Shown: one piece after another, positions 48,198-58,059 of the stretch | How the letters are laid out: each line of letters starts with the position of its first letter | How positions within the stretch are numbered: the first letter of the stretch is position 1 | Assembly: GCA_963830455.1 (NCBI GenBank) | Contig: CAWHMT010000002.1 | Location: 879,569-943,568, forward strand | Source of the DNA: an uncultured Gemmatimonadales bacterium | GTDB lineage: Bacteria > Gemmatimonadota > Gemmatimonadetes > Gemmatimonadales > GWC2-71-9 | DNA: 64,000 nucleotides | Direction of reading: 5' to 3' | The notes under the pieces: generated by a model | The model's input: only the letters and a program-made list of their open reading frames with translations | Told to the model about the DNA's origin: nothing | The model's database searches: none | Position numbers and translations under genes: made by a program

Positions 48198-49652
48198 ATG
48201 ACGACTTCGCGGGAAACGCGCGCGCGAGCGGTGGTCGTGCTGATCGACGGCGCACGGGCGGATGTGCTCCGCCATCTGCTCGAGCGCGGCCTGTTGCCGA
48301 ACCTCGCGCGGTGGGTGGTCGAACCGGGCGGCCTGACGGTCGGCACGACGGTTTTCCCGTCAACCACGGGCGTCGCGTACATCCCGTTGCTCTTCGGCCG
48401 CTATCCCGGCAGCGTCAACATCCCCGGGATTCGCTGGCTTGATCGCGTCGAGGCCCGCGGGGGGGCGGGGTGGCGCGCCCAATGGCGTGCCGCGCGCAGC
48501 TACTGTGGCGTGCAGGGCGGCTGGCTCAACCGAGACATTGCCCCCGCGCCCTCGCTCTTTGACCTGGTGCCGGAAAGCATCGCCATCTGCACGCCGCTGA
48601 CCCGAGGGTTGCGCCTCAGGGCCAACCGGGTCAAGGGTCTACGGGTGGCCCTGGGATCGGCGGCCCACTATTTCGGGACCTATCCGGCGCTCGACCGGGC
48701 GGTGGCACGAGCCTGGGTCGCGGCGGCGGAGGAGGAATGGCGTTTCCTTTTTGTCGTATTTCCCGGTATTGACGGTATCGCACATCTTGAGGCGCCTACG
48801 CATCCGGCAGTGCTCGAGAGCTACCGCCTGGTGGATCGGGCTCTCGGGGCCTTCATGGGGCGGGTTCAGAGGCGGGGTGACGTGCCGGCCGTGTTCGTGG
48901 TCTCGGATCACGGGATGACGATCATGCGCGACCACAGCGATATCGCAGTCGGGTTGGAGCGGGCGGGAGTACCAACGCTGCGGCATCCTGTGCATGTTTG
49001 GCGACGGCACGCCCGGGTCGCGACGATGGTCTCAGGCAATGCCAGTGCGCAGCTGTATTTCGAGCCCCGGTCCGGCCGGGGCCGCCCGCTCACCGAATCC
49101 GAGATTCCGGCGGCGCTCGTCGAGCAACTGTTGGCGATGCCCGCGGTGCGGTTGGCGGCGTGCCGGTCCGACGATGGCGGAGTCATCGTGCGAACCAGAG
49201 AGGCCCGGGCGCGTGTCGTGGACGAGGCGGGATTCGTTCGTTACACGCCAGACGATGGAGATCCGCTCGGCCTGGGCGGGTGTGTGGAACTCGACGATCG
49301 TGATATGTTGACCCGTAGCCGGGAGACCGATTTGCCTGACGCTCCACGCCAATTGCTACAGCTCTTTCAGTCGGCGCGGGCCGGCGATCTCGTCCTCGCG
49401 GCGGCGCCCGGCGCCGATTTCCGCGGCCCCTGGGAGATTCCGGAGCATCGCTCCGGCCACGGCAGTCTCATTGCGGAGCACATGGAAGTGCCCATTGCCG
49501 CCAACGTGGCTCTTCCCGACACGCCGATACGTACAGTAGATCTGATGCCGACAGTATTGGAACGCCTCGGCGTCGCCATTCCATCAGGCGTCGCTTTCGA
49601 TGGGGTTCCGTTTTCTAAACTCGTTGCAACAACTGAACCGCTGATTCGTTGA
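48198..49652 (+). CDS. Alkaline phosphatase superfamily nucleotide pyrophosphatase/phosphodiesterase (no signal peptide seen)
   Basis: 'VLIDGAR', 'TVFPSTT', 'DGIAH', 'VSDHG', 'SGHGS', 'RTVDLMPT'. Confidence 0.85.
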   Translation: MTTSRETRARAVVVLIDGARADVLRHLLERGLLPNLARWVVEPGGLTVGTTVFPSTTGVAYIPLLFGRYPGSVNIPGIRWLDRVEARGGAGWRAQWRAARSYCGVQGGWLNRDIAPAPSLFDLVPESIAICTPLTRGLRLRANRVKGLRVALGSAAHYFGTYPALDRAVARAWVAAAEEEWRFLFVVFPGIDGIAHLEAPTHPAVLESYRLVDRALGAFMGRVQRRGDVPAVFVVSDHGMTIMRDHSDIAVGLERAGVPTLRHPVHVWRRHARVATMVSGNASAQLYFEPRSGRGRPLTESEIPAALVEQLLAMPAVRLAACRSDDGGVIVRTREARARVVDEAGFVRYTPDDGDPLGLGGCVELDDRDMLTRSRETDLPDAPRQLLQLFQSARAGDLVLAAAPGADFRGPWEIPEHRSGHGSLIAEHMEVPIAANVALPDTPIRTVDLMPTVLERLGVAIPSGVAFDGVPFSKLVATTEPLIR

Positions 49653-49663
49653 GGGGACATTCG

Positions 49664-50734
49664 ATGCCTCCAAGTTGGCTCGTAGTCTTGGCCGCACTCC
49701 GCCTGGCCGTTGCCGGCTACGCGAGTGCTGTACCCGTAGACCGGCCGCCCGCGACTCACGACCTGGACTGGGATAGTTTGGCGCGGACGACGATTACCCC
49801 CGGCGCGAAGCGGGGTGAGCTGATCATGGAGTTGCCGGCTGTGGATCTCCCGGCCGGCGGTATGGTGAGGCAACCGGCCTCTGTAGCGGAATTCCCCTTG
49901 AATGGATCGATCTACGCGGTGCGGGCCGAGATCGTCGACGAGGCCGGCCGGCAGCTTCCGGTCGAATTGCTGCATCACATGAACGTGATGGATCCGAACG
50001 AGCGCGAGTTGTTCCTGCCGATTGCCCGTCGGATCCTCGCATCGGGAGGGGAAACGGGCGAAATCCGGATGCCGTGGCTCTTCGTGGGATCGCCGTTCCG
50101 GGCGGGGGAACACGTCCTCGCGTACGCGATGGTCCACAATCCAACGCCCGTGGGATATCAGGGCGTGCGGGTCCGGCTGGTGCTGAGCTATGTGCCCACG
50201 GGCCGGCCCTGGCCCTTCCTTTCCGTTGTGCCGTGGCAGCTCGACGTCGCTTTCCCGGTTGGTGACAAGTCATTCGACCTTCCCCCCGGGACCAGCGAGC
50301 GCTCCTATGAAGGAAGCCCGGCGGTTGCCGGCAAGCTCCTGGTGATCGGCGCGCACATGCACGCCTATGGGCGTACGATCGAGCTGTGGGATGCGACGAC
50401 CAACAAGTTGCTCTGGCATGGAGAACCCGAGCCGGCACCGGCGGGCGAACCGAGTCCAGTACCGATGGGCAAGTTCTATGGGCTCACCAGAATCGGCCTG
50501 CGGCTCACGCCGGAGCACCGGTATCGCGTGCGCGTGGTCTACGACAATCCGACCGGTACCACGATCCCCGACGGCGGAATGGGCGTTGTGGGTGGGTTGT
50601 TCATTCCGGATCGGGATGCGGCATGGCCACAGCCAAATACCGGCGAGGCGCTATATCAACAGGACCTGCAACACTTCATGGGCACGAGCCGGCCGGCCGG
50701 CGCGATGCCCCACCACTCACACGTCGGACACTAG
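49664..50734 (+). CDS. Secreted PHM/dopamine-beta-monooxygenase-like copper protein
   Basis: Signal peptide; HH, H, HxH, M in PHM order (LLHHM, MVHN, AHMHAYG, GGMG). Confidence 0.6.
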   Translation: MPPSWLVVLAALRLAVAGYASAVPVDRPPATHDLDWDSLARTTITPGAKRGELIMELPAVDLPAGGMVRQPASVAEFPLNGSIYAVRAEIVDEAGRQLPVELLHHMNVMDPNERELFLPIARRILASGGETGEIRMPWLFVGSPFRAGEHVLAYAMVHNPTPVGYQGVRVRLVLSYVPTGRPWPFLSVVPWQLDVAFPVGDKSFDLPPGTSERSYEGSPAVAGKLLVIGAHMHAYGRTIELWDATTNKLLWHGEPEPAPAGEPSPVPMGKFYGLTRIGLRLTPEHRYRVRVVYDNPTGTTIPDGGMGVVGGLFIPDRDAAWPQPNTGEALYQQDLQHFMGTSRPAGAMPHHSHVGH

Positions 50735-51613
50735 ACGCTGGGCGACGGGCTGTGGCGCCGTCGCCTCGGCGGTCTGCATGATGCCGAGCATCAACCCGGC
50801 CAGCATCAATCCCGCCAACGCGTCGACGGCGTAGTGGAACTGCCCGTACACCACCGCCAGAATCAGTCCGGTCGTGAAGGGTAACAGCACGAGTCCCACC
50901 GCGCGCCAATAGCGCAGTGCCATCCCGGTTGCCACGACGGATGCCGCCACGTGCGACGACGGGAAGGCGGCGCCCCACGAATCGCCGCGATCGAGCAGCC
51001 AGGCGGCGAATCGTGCCGGCCCCACGTTCGTAGCGACGTTGTGCGCGCCATCGAAGGCGTAGCGCGGTCCCGCCACCGGGAAGAACAAGAAGACGATGTA
51101 GCAGAGATAGAACGTGGCCATCACGGCGAAGATCGTGTGGCGCGAGGCGTCGCGGCGTCCCGCGATCCACAACGCAAACGGGGACGCGAACAGAATGGGA
51201 TAGTACGCGAGATAGCAGGCGTGCAGCACCCACGACGTCAGCATGTCGGGAGATTCCCGGATCCAGCGATAGGAGATCTGGGAACCGAACACCCACGTTT
51301 CGAGGCGCTGGATCTGCAAGTCGTTCTGAAAGCCCGCACTCAGCGTGAGCACGCCGATCTCGCCGTACAGCGCCGGCAGCAGCAGCATCGGATACCAGTC
51401 GGCGATAAAGCGGCCGAATCGGCCGGCGGTGCGGGCGCTCGGCGCGAGCGCGGCGAGCGTGAGGATCAGCGCGTGCGCCGTGAGCAGCCACGGCCACCCC
51501 GGGACCCCTTCGCCACGAAAAGCAACGAGGACCGCGCCGGTGGCAATCGTGATGTACGCCGCCGTCGCGATATCGACCGCGACGTATCCACGCCACAGCG
51601 GCTTTAGAGCCAT
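50717..51613 (-). CDS. PAP2-superfamily membrane enzyme, AUR1/inositol-phosphorylceramide-synthase-like
   Basis: 'DWYP', 'YLAYY', 'FPVAGPRY', 'AAFPSSHVA', 'VYGQFHYAVD', multiple TM helices. Confidence 0.8.
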   Translation of the reverse strand: MALKPLWRGYVAVDIATAAYITIATGAVLVAFRGEGVPGWPWLLTAHALILTLAALAPSARTAGRFGRFIADWYPMLLLPALYGEIGVLTLSAGFQNDLQIQRLETWVFGSQISYRWIRESPDMLTSWVLHACYLAYYPILFASPFALWIAGRRDASRHTIFAVMATFYLCYIVFLFFPVAGPRYAFDGAHNVATNVGPARFAAWLLDRGDSWGAAFPSSHVAASVVATGMALRYWRAVGLVLLPFTTGLILAVVYGQFHYAVDALAGLMLAGLMLGIMQTAEATAPQPVAQRLVSDV

Positions 51614-52575
51614 CCCACCTCCCGATACCAATTCGCAGCGCGACGGAGCCCGGTTTCGAGATCGATTTCCGCGCGCCAGCCGGTGTCTCGGGTTAGGGCA
51701 TCACCCCGACACGTCCACGCCGGCGCCAGGTACTCATTGCCCTTGTCGACCGACAGTACGGTGGCTCGCCCCGCAATATGTGCAATGGTGTCGGTTGCCC
51801 AAAGCAGTCCCCGCGCCACGAGAGGCGGCATGCCGATTATCCGCGGGCGCTTCCCGACCGCTCGCCCGACCTCCATCGCGAGCCCCCGGCTCGTCGTGGT
51901 GGTCGGGTGGGTGGCGAAATACACATGACCGGCCGCTGCCGGGGCGGTTGCTGCCGCGACGATCGCTTCCGCCAGGTCCTCGGCATGAATGACCGACAAT
52001 TCCTGTGATCCGTCACCGAATACGGGGAGAACTCCGCGCTTGGCCAGTTGAAAGATCTTGAGGGTGCCGCGGTCCCATTCGCCGTACACCAACGGAGGCC
52101 GGACGATCGTCCAGGGCAGGGGCATGGCCTGCACCAGCACCTCCCCCGCGAGCTTCGAGCGCCCGTAGTCCGTCACCGGAGCGGGCGGTCTCGTCTCATC
52201 GATGGGGTGGCCCGGTTGCGTTGGGCCGGCCACCGCGAGCGATGACACATAGAGGAGGCGACGCGCGCCGCCGTCCCGTGCTGCCTCGAGCACATTGGCC
52301 GTACCGTCGCGGTTCGTGGCCATGAACTCCGCCATGTCACGCGCGGCGATTTTGCCGGCGACGTGATACACCACGTCCATGCCGGCGCACCCTGCGCGGA
52401 GGACGGCCGCATCATCGAGGTCGCCCTTCAGCTGGCGAACGTCGTTACCCCAGCCCTGCATCTCCGCGAGGGCAGGGCTCCGCACCAGCGCGGTCACTGA
52501 GTCGCCGCGGGCCCGCAATGCCTTGACCAGGTGCGCGCCGAGGAAGCCGGTCGCGCCGGTCACAAAGACGTTCAC
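51604..52575 (-). CDS. NAD(P)-dependent extended SDR; candidate ceramide/3-oxo reductase (CerR-like)
   Basis: 'VTGATGFLG', 'YVSSLA', 'YGRSK', 'RPPLVYG'; functional call comes from operon context. Confidence 0.8.
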   Translation of the reverse strand: MNVFVTGATGFLGAHLVKALRARGDSVTALVRSPALAEMQGWGNDVRQLKGDLDDAAVLRAGCAGMDVVYHVAGKIAARDMAEFMATNRDGTANVLEAARDGGARRLLYVSSLAVAGPTQPGHPIDETRPPAPVTDYGRSKLAGEVLVQAMPLPWTIVRPPLVYGEWDRGTLKIFQLAKRGVLPVFGDGSQELSVIHAEDLAEAIVAAATAPAAAGHVYFATHPTTTTSRGLAMEVGRAVGKRPRIIGMPPLVARGLLWATDTIAHIAGRATVLSVDKGNEYLAPAWTCRGDALTRDTGWRAEIDLETGLRRAANWYREVGWL

Positions 52576-53684
52576 AGCGGCTTGTCGTAGATACGGAAGG
52601 TCTTGGTATGGCGGAAGCCGAGCGCGAGTGCCGCCTTGATTATCAATTCGTTGTCTTCGAGGAACCACCCCGCTTCGCCTCGCGGCATCCCGTGCTTCAC
52701 CGAGTTCTCCCACACGCGGTGATACAGGATCGCATCGATGCCGCGGCCCCGAAGATCCGGGATGACGCCCAGCAACAAGACGCGCGCGCGGTGAATCTTC
52801 CGCGCATGCCACAGCACCTTGAGAATGCCGGGAAACATCCGACCCGAGCGATTATGGAGCAGCGCGAGATTGAAATCCGGCAGGCCGACGGCGAAGCCCA
52901 CCACCGCGTCGCCCTGCTCCGCGAAGATCACGAGATCCGGTACGACGATCGGTTTGAGCTGCTTGGCGAGATGATCGATCTCGGCATCCGTCAACGGCAC
53001 GAATCCCCAATTCTTCTCCCACGCGCTGTTGTACAGCTTCTTGATCAGCTCGACCTCGTCCCCGAAGCGCTTCTTGTCTAGCGTGCGCAGTGTGATGCCG
53101 GAGCGCTTGAGGGCGCGCTCGCCCAGCCGGCGAAAGCGCTCGGGGGCCGACTCCGCACCGCCGCCATCGTACGCGAGCAGGTCCTTGGCCTTCGTGAAAC
53201 CGTAGCGCTCGTGCAGCGGCTGGTAGTAGGGAAAGTTGTACGGCATCATCAGCGACGGCGGCGTGCCGTCGTTGATAATCAGCAGCCCGCACTCGTCGTT
53301 TATCGAGGGGCTCATCGGCCCGCGCATCGTGTCGAACCCTTGCGCGCGCAGCCACGCTGCCGCGGTGTCGAACAACGCGTTGGCGACGGATTGATCGTCG
53401 ATCGACTCGAAGAAGCCGTAGAAACCGACGCGGTCCTGATACTCCTTGTTATGCAGGTCGTTCTTGATCGCCCCGATGCGACCGACCGTCCGACCGTCCG
53501 ACCGTCTGGCCGTCCAGTACTGCGCCTCGGCATGCTCGAAAAACGGATTCTTGCCGGGCGTCAGCAGCGTGCGCACGTCGCGGCGCAGCTGCGGCACCCA
53601 CAGCGGATCATTCCGGTAATGGTCGTAGGGAAAAGCGATGAAGCGATCGAGACCGCGCCCGTCGGAGACGGGCACGATCTCCAC
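52572..53684 (-). CDS. GNAT-fold protein, bacterial ceramide synthase (bCerS/YghO)-like
   Basis: 'FIAFPY..Y..DP.WVP.L', 'GFYGFFE', 'MRGP.SPSINDE.GLL', 'MPYN.PYY', 'AWEKNWGFVP', 'RGRGID'. Confidence 0.78.
   Translation of the reverse strand: MEIVPVSDGRGLDRFIAFPYDHYRNDPLWVPQLRRDVRTLLTPGKNPFFEHAEAQYWTARRSDGRTVGRIGAIKNDLHNKEYQDRVGFYGFFESIDDQSVANALFDTAAAWLRAQGFDTMRGPMSPSINDECGLLIINDGTPPSLMMPYNFPYYQPLHERYGFTKAKDLLAYDGGGAESAPERFRRLGERALKRSGITLRTLDKKRFGDEVELIKKLYNSAWEKNWGFVPLTDAEIDHLAKQLKPIVVPDLVIFAEQGDAVVGFAVGLPDFNLALLHNRSGRMFPGILKVLWHARKIHRARVLLLGVIPDLRGRGIDAILYHRVWENSVKHGMPRGEAGWFLEDNELIIKAALALGFRHTKTFRIYDKPL
53482..53516. repeat. Second CCGTCCGA octamer array inside CDS
   Basis: ccga-ccgtccga-ccgtccga-ccgtctgg-ccgtcca; encodes TARRSDGRTVGR on the minus strand. 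Confidence 0.85.
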
Positions 53685-53689
53685 TGCGG

Positions 53690-54895
53690 TCAGATGACCC
53701 CCAGCTCTTTCCCGAGGCGGCCGAAGACTTCGAGCGCGAGGTCGATCTGGTCGGCCGTATGGGTCGCCATCAGACTGGTGCGGAGGCGGCACTGGGACGG
53801 CGGCACCGCGGGCGGAACCACCGGATTGGTGAAGACGCCGGCGTCGAACAGCTGACGCCAGAAGAGGAACGTCTTCTCGAGCGGCCCGATCAACACCGGG
53901 ATGATCGGCGTCTCAGTCGGGCCGATGTCGAAGCCGAGGGACCGCATGCCCTCCTGCAGGCGCCGCGTGTTGCGCCACAGCTGCTCGCGCCGCTCCGGCT
54001 CGCGCTGCATGACGTGCAGCGCTGCGAGCACGCCGGCCGTGTTGGAGGGCGGCAACGCCGCGGTAAAGATCAAGGGGCGCGAGTGGTGGCGGAGGTAGTG
54101 AATCACGTTCTCCGTCCCCGCCGCGAATCCGCCAATCGACGCGAGCGACTTCGAGAACGTGCCGACGATCAGATCGACTTCGTCGATGAGATCGTAGTGG
54201 GCCGCCGTGCCGTCGCCGTTGGGGCCGAGCACGCCGATCGAATGGGCGTCGTCGAGAGCCAGGGCGGCGCCGTACTTCTGCGCGACCTTGAGCAGCCCGG
54301 GCACATCGGCGATGTCGCCTTCCATCGAATAGACACCATCGACGATGATCATCGTGCCCGTGCTCTCGGGCACCTTCTGGAGCTTGCGCTCGAGTCCCGC
54401 CAGGTCGCCGTGATTGAAGCGCTGCGTCTCGCCGTGCGACATCTTGGCGCCGTCGACGATCGAGGCGTGGTCCAGCTTGTCGAGGAACACGACGTCCGAG
54501 CGCCCGACCAGCCCGGAAATAAGGCCGAGATTCGCCTGATAGCCGGTCGAGAAGACGAGGCAGGATTCCTTGCCCAGGAACTCGGCGAGCTCGGTTTCGA
54601 GCTGCTCGTGGAGGTCGAGGGTGCCGTTGAGGAAGCGGCTGCCGGTGCAGCCGGAACCGTAGCGCTCCAGCGCCCCGCGGGCCGCCGCCAGGACTTCGGG
54701 ATGATGTGTGAGGCCGAGGTAGTTGTTCGACCCCATCATGATCCGCTCTTGGCCTTCGATGACCACGACCGTGTCTTCGGAGCGGGAGATCGGTTTGAAA
54801 TACGGATACAGCCCCGCAGCCTGGACCTCGCGCGCCCGGGTGAAGTTCTTACACTTATCGAACAGCGCGATGTGCTGCAGGGTCTCTGTGCGCAA
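53690..54895 (-). CDS. spt: Serine palmitoyltransferase-like alpha-oxoamine synthase
   Basis: 'GLYPYF', 'GSNNYLGL', 'GSRFLNGT', 'DHASI', 'DDAH', PLP Lys 'GTFSKSLAS'; probable TTG start with GAGG RBS. Confidence 0.8.
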   Translation of the reverse strand: MRTETLQHIALFDKCKNFTRAREVQAAGLYPYFKPISRSEDTVVVIEGQERIMMGSNNYLGLTHHPEVLAAARGALERYGSGCTGSRFLNGTLDLHEQLETELAEFLGKESCLVFSTGYQANLGLISGLVGRSDVVFLDKLDHASIVDGAKMSHGETQRFNHGDLAGLERKLQKVPESTGTMIIVDGVYSMEGDIADVPGLLKVAQKYGAALALDDAHSIGVLGPNGDGTAAHYDLIDEVDLIVGTFSKSLASIGGFAAGTENVIHYLRHHSRPLIFTAALPPSNTAGVLAALHVMQREPERREQLWRNTRRLQEGMRSLGFDIGPTETPIIPVLIGPLEKTFLFWRQLFDAGVFTNPVVPPAVPPSQCRLRTSLMATHTADQIDLALEVFGRLGKELGVI

Positions 54896-55059
54896 CGAAG
54901 CCTCGTGTTTTTGCAGGGGTAAGCGACGGTACAGCTTACCCTTGCTATCTCGAAATGGCAAGGCTCTTTGTGAGACTCGCCACAGCCTTTCGGGCCGGCT
55001 TCCTCGTAGCCTAGATTGCAACATTCGCCGCGGCTTGGCCGTTTTCCCGGAGGTTCATA

Positions 55060-57661
55060 GTGGTTCATACTTCGTCCGATTTCTGGGCGTTTCCGCCCTG
55101 TTGTGCTCTTGGTCCCCTTCGTCGCGTCTGGCGCAAACCAGCCCGCATCCTCGCTGGGAAATTCCCGGGTTCGATTTTCGAGAAGACGGCGTGTGGCGCG
55201 CGAAGTGCGCGGGCCGTGAGCGAGCGCACCCGGCTGCTAGCGCGGGCGCAGTTCGCACATTCAATGCGCGGGCGCCGATGGGTCCCGATGTCGACGACGG
55301 CGGTCACGGGGACTTGACGTGCCGGCGGTCTTTTTCGCTTATACGGACTCGCCGGCGCTGACGTTTACCACGGCCCAGTACGATGCACGTACTCTTCTCC
55401 TCGACTCCGGCAGGGGCGCGGCGGACCCCGTACACATATGCGGACGTTTTATCGAGCAGCTGTCGAATGACACCTTGACCATGACAGGGCAGGATCTTCG
55501 GCTGGGTGCGCCTCGATAGCACCGAAATAACGTAGCACGCGGAGCCCCGGGTACGTGTAGCGGCAACCCGTTCGGGACAACGAACTGCAATGGGTTGTTC
55601 AGCTCGAACGCGATTTCGCGGATGCAGGCGGGATTTCGTCAGGCGCTGTCACGAGTCGACCGATCAGGTCAACTTCGCGCAGTTCGACAATGACGGTCCA
55701 GACGGGGTTCCGAATTCCGGCGACGATGACGGATATGTGACATGATCATGTTTGCGCATCCGACCAAGGATGGCGCCTGCGGCGGCTTTCCCCAGAGTAG
55801 CAATCACTCGACCAATAATCACATCTGGTCGCACCGGTTTTTCTCCGGGCCGATTATGCCTCCAGTGACCCCGCGAATCCCGGGAACTCATCCGGGCGCG
55901 ACGTTCACGTGTCAGCGACTACATTCTGCAGAGCGGCCTCGGCGGCCTGAGTCCTGTGCACACCGACGCAGATCATGCCGATCGGCACCGTGGCGCACGA
56001 GATCGGGCACGGGTTCGGATTGCCCGATCTGTACGACACCGACGGCACGAGCGAAGGCGTGGGGCAGTGGGACCTGATGAGCTCCGGCAGCTTCATCAGC
56101 CGGGTTCAGCCCGTCGCGGATGGAAGCGCCTGGTCACTGAACGAGCTGGGCTGGATCACGCTCGCGCCGGCTGACGACGACCGGCACCTACACGTTCGCT
56201 GCGGCCCCACTCTCGGACACGGCGTTCGTCCGTCCGCGTGCAGGGATCGAATCCTCGTGGCGAGTATTTCTGCTCGAAAACCGGCAGGACGGCACAGGCC
56301 GACACCGCGCTGATCCGGTTACACTGTGCGCGAGCAGGCAGTCCGGCAGTGTCCGGGCGGCTTGCTGATCTGGCACGTCGATTCGGCGAAGTTCGCGCAA
56401 TCATTCAGCAACAACGTCAACACCGGATCGATCCACGCCCTGGCGGTCGTCCAGGCCTCTGGTTCGAGGAAGCCGCGCCCGTGAGCGGAAACTCTGTCCC
56501 GAACCGCCGTCGATATTCTTCGGCTGCTCCAATCGCGGCGACGCCGGCGATCTCTTCCCAGGCACCACGAACAACACGAGCGGCCTCGTGTTTCGGAGCA
56601 ACCCGGCGGCGGTGAAAAACGCCGACGGCTCCTTCGCGGGCTTCGCGGAATCGATTCCATTCAGCAGGTCGTGCCGAACAGCACGATATCGTTTCGCTTA
56701 CGGTTTGGCTCGCTCTCGATCGTCCGTGCCAGCGATACCTACGGCGACGATGACGTTCGCCGGCGTCGAGTTACACGGTTTACCGCGATTTGCTCGATGA
56801 AGGCCAGAACTACACGGTGAGTATCACCGATTCGCAGCTCTCGGCCAACGGGCGCACGCGCTTCCGCTTCGGCTCATGGTCCGATGGGGGCCTCCAGATC
56901 ACATTCGTACACCGGCCATCTCGCCGGTGACACACTGACCGCGATTCTCACGCGCGACTTCAAGCTGACCGCGATCTCCGGCAGCGGCGGCACGATCCAG
57001 GCGGACACGAGCGGCATTGACATACCCGCCGTGGCCGCGGCGCGTTCATACGCGAAGGACGGTCGGTCACCCTGACGGCGACGCCGACTCCGCTGAAACG
57101 TTCGGCGGCTGGTCCGATGACAACGGTACCACCAATGCTGTTCTCGCGCTGCCGATGGGCCGGTCGTACACGGTGAACGCCAGTTTCGGAGCGCTTACGA
57201 TCTCGACGGCGACCGCGCGTCCCACCGGCGTGATGGGAGCGACGTACAACGATACCCTGCGGGTAGCGGGTGGCACGGGGACGAACAGGTGGTCGCTGAC
57301 GGGTGGCTGCGTTGCCGACAGGGGTGACGCTCAACGGGTCGAGTGGGATCGTCACAGGGTTCCCGCAACAGACGGGGAACTTCGCTACACGGTACGGTGA
57401 CATTCGGGGCGCAGAGCCAGGGCAAAGCGTTCACGCTTCTCGGTGACGGCGCCGACGCTCGCGACTGCGGACGTGACCGCGCAGCTGCTCGGCCCGACGG
57501 CGCCGCTCAACGCCGACCAGATCCGCTATCTCGATTTCCTCGGCAACAACAACGGCAGTTTCGACGTCGGTGACTTTCTGGCGTGGGTCAAGCTGACCGG
57601 CGCGCCGCCGAGTCCGCCCGCGTCGCAGAGCATGCCGCGGCGGAAGGGAGACCCCCGATGA
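55060..57661 (+). pseudogene. M6 (immune inhibitor A-like) metalloprotease with Ig-like domains, broken by many frameshifts (pseudogene or sequence error)
   Basis: Fragments in different frames: 'FDNDGPDGVPNSGDDDG', 'HIWSH', 'GTVAHEIGHGFGLPDLYD', 'WDLMSSG', 'GEYFLLENR', 'LLIWHVD', 'YLDFLGNNNGSFDVGDF'. Confidence 0.8.
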
Positions 57662-58059
57662 AACGTCTCTTCGTGGTGGCGACCGTGGCGTGCGCGACGG
57701 TGCTGGGAGTGAATTGCGGCGACGACGGACCGACTCAGTCTGGTCCAGGGACGCTGGTGGTGCGGCTGACGGCTCCTGCTGCGAACGCCGACTCCGCGAT
57801 CGAATTCTCGATCACGGGTCCCGCTCCGCTGACCAGCGTCACGCCTGGGACCGGCCTGCGCCTCTTCCAGCAAGCGCTCGGCGGAACGACGACGAGCTTC
57901 GCGTTGACCGGCAACTTGACCAACGGCGCGACCATCCTCACGATCGGCGTGGCGGACGTCGGCGCCTTCAGCCAGTACAGCGGATCGATCCAGGGAGTGG
58001 CGCGCGCCAATTATCAGCTCCGCCCGCTGAACGGCTACGCGCTCGCGCTGACGCGCTAG
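57658..58059 (+). CDS. Hypothetical beta-rich lipoprotein
   Basis: ATGA overlap with the protease stop, lipoprotein-like signal ending 'GVNC'. Confidence 0.7.
   Translation: MKRLFVVATVACATVLGVNCGDDGPTQSGPGTLVVRLTAPAANADSAIEFSITGPAPLTSVTPGTGLRLFQQALGGTTTSFALTGNLTNGATILTIGVADVGAFSQYSGSIQGVARANYQLRPLNGYALALTR

Noticed and set aside
53690-54895. Annotation as bioF (biotin synthesis)
   Set aside because: No other bio genes nearby; motifs and neighbours fit serine palmitoyltransferase better.
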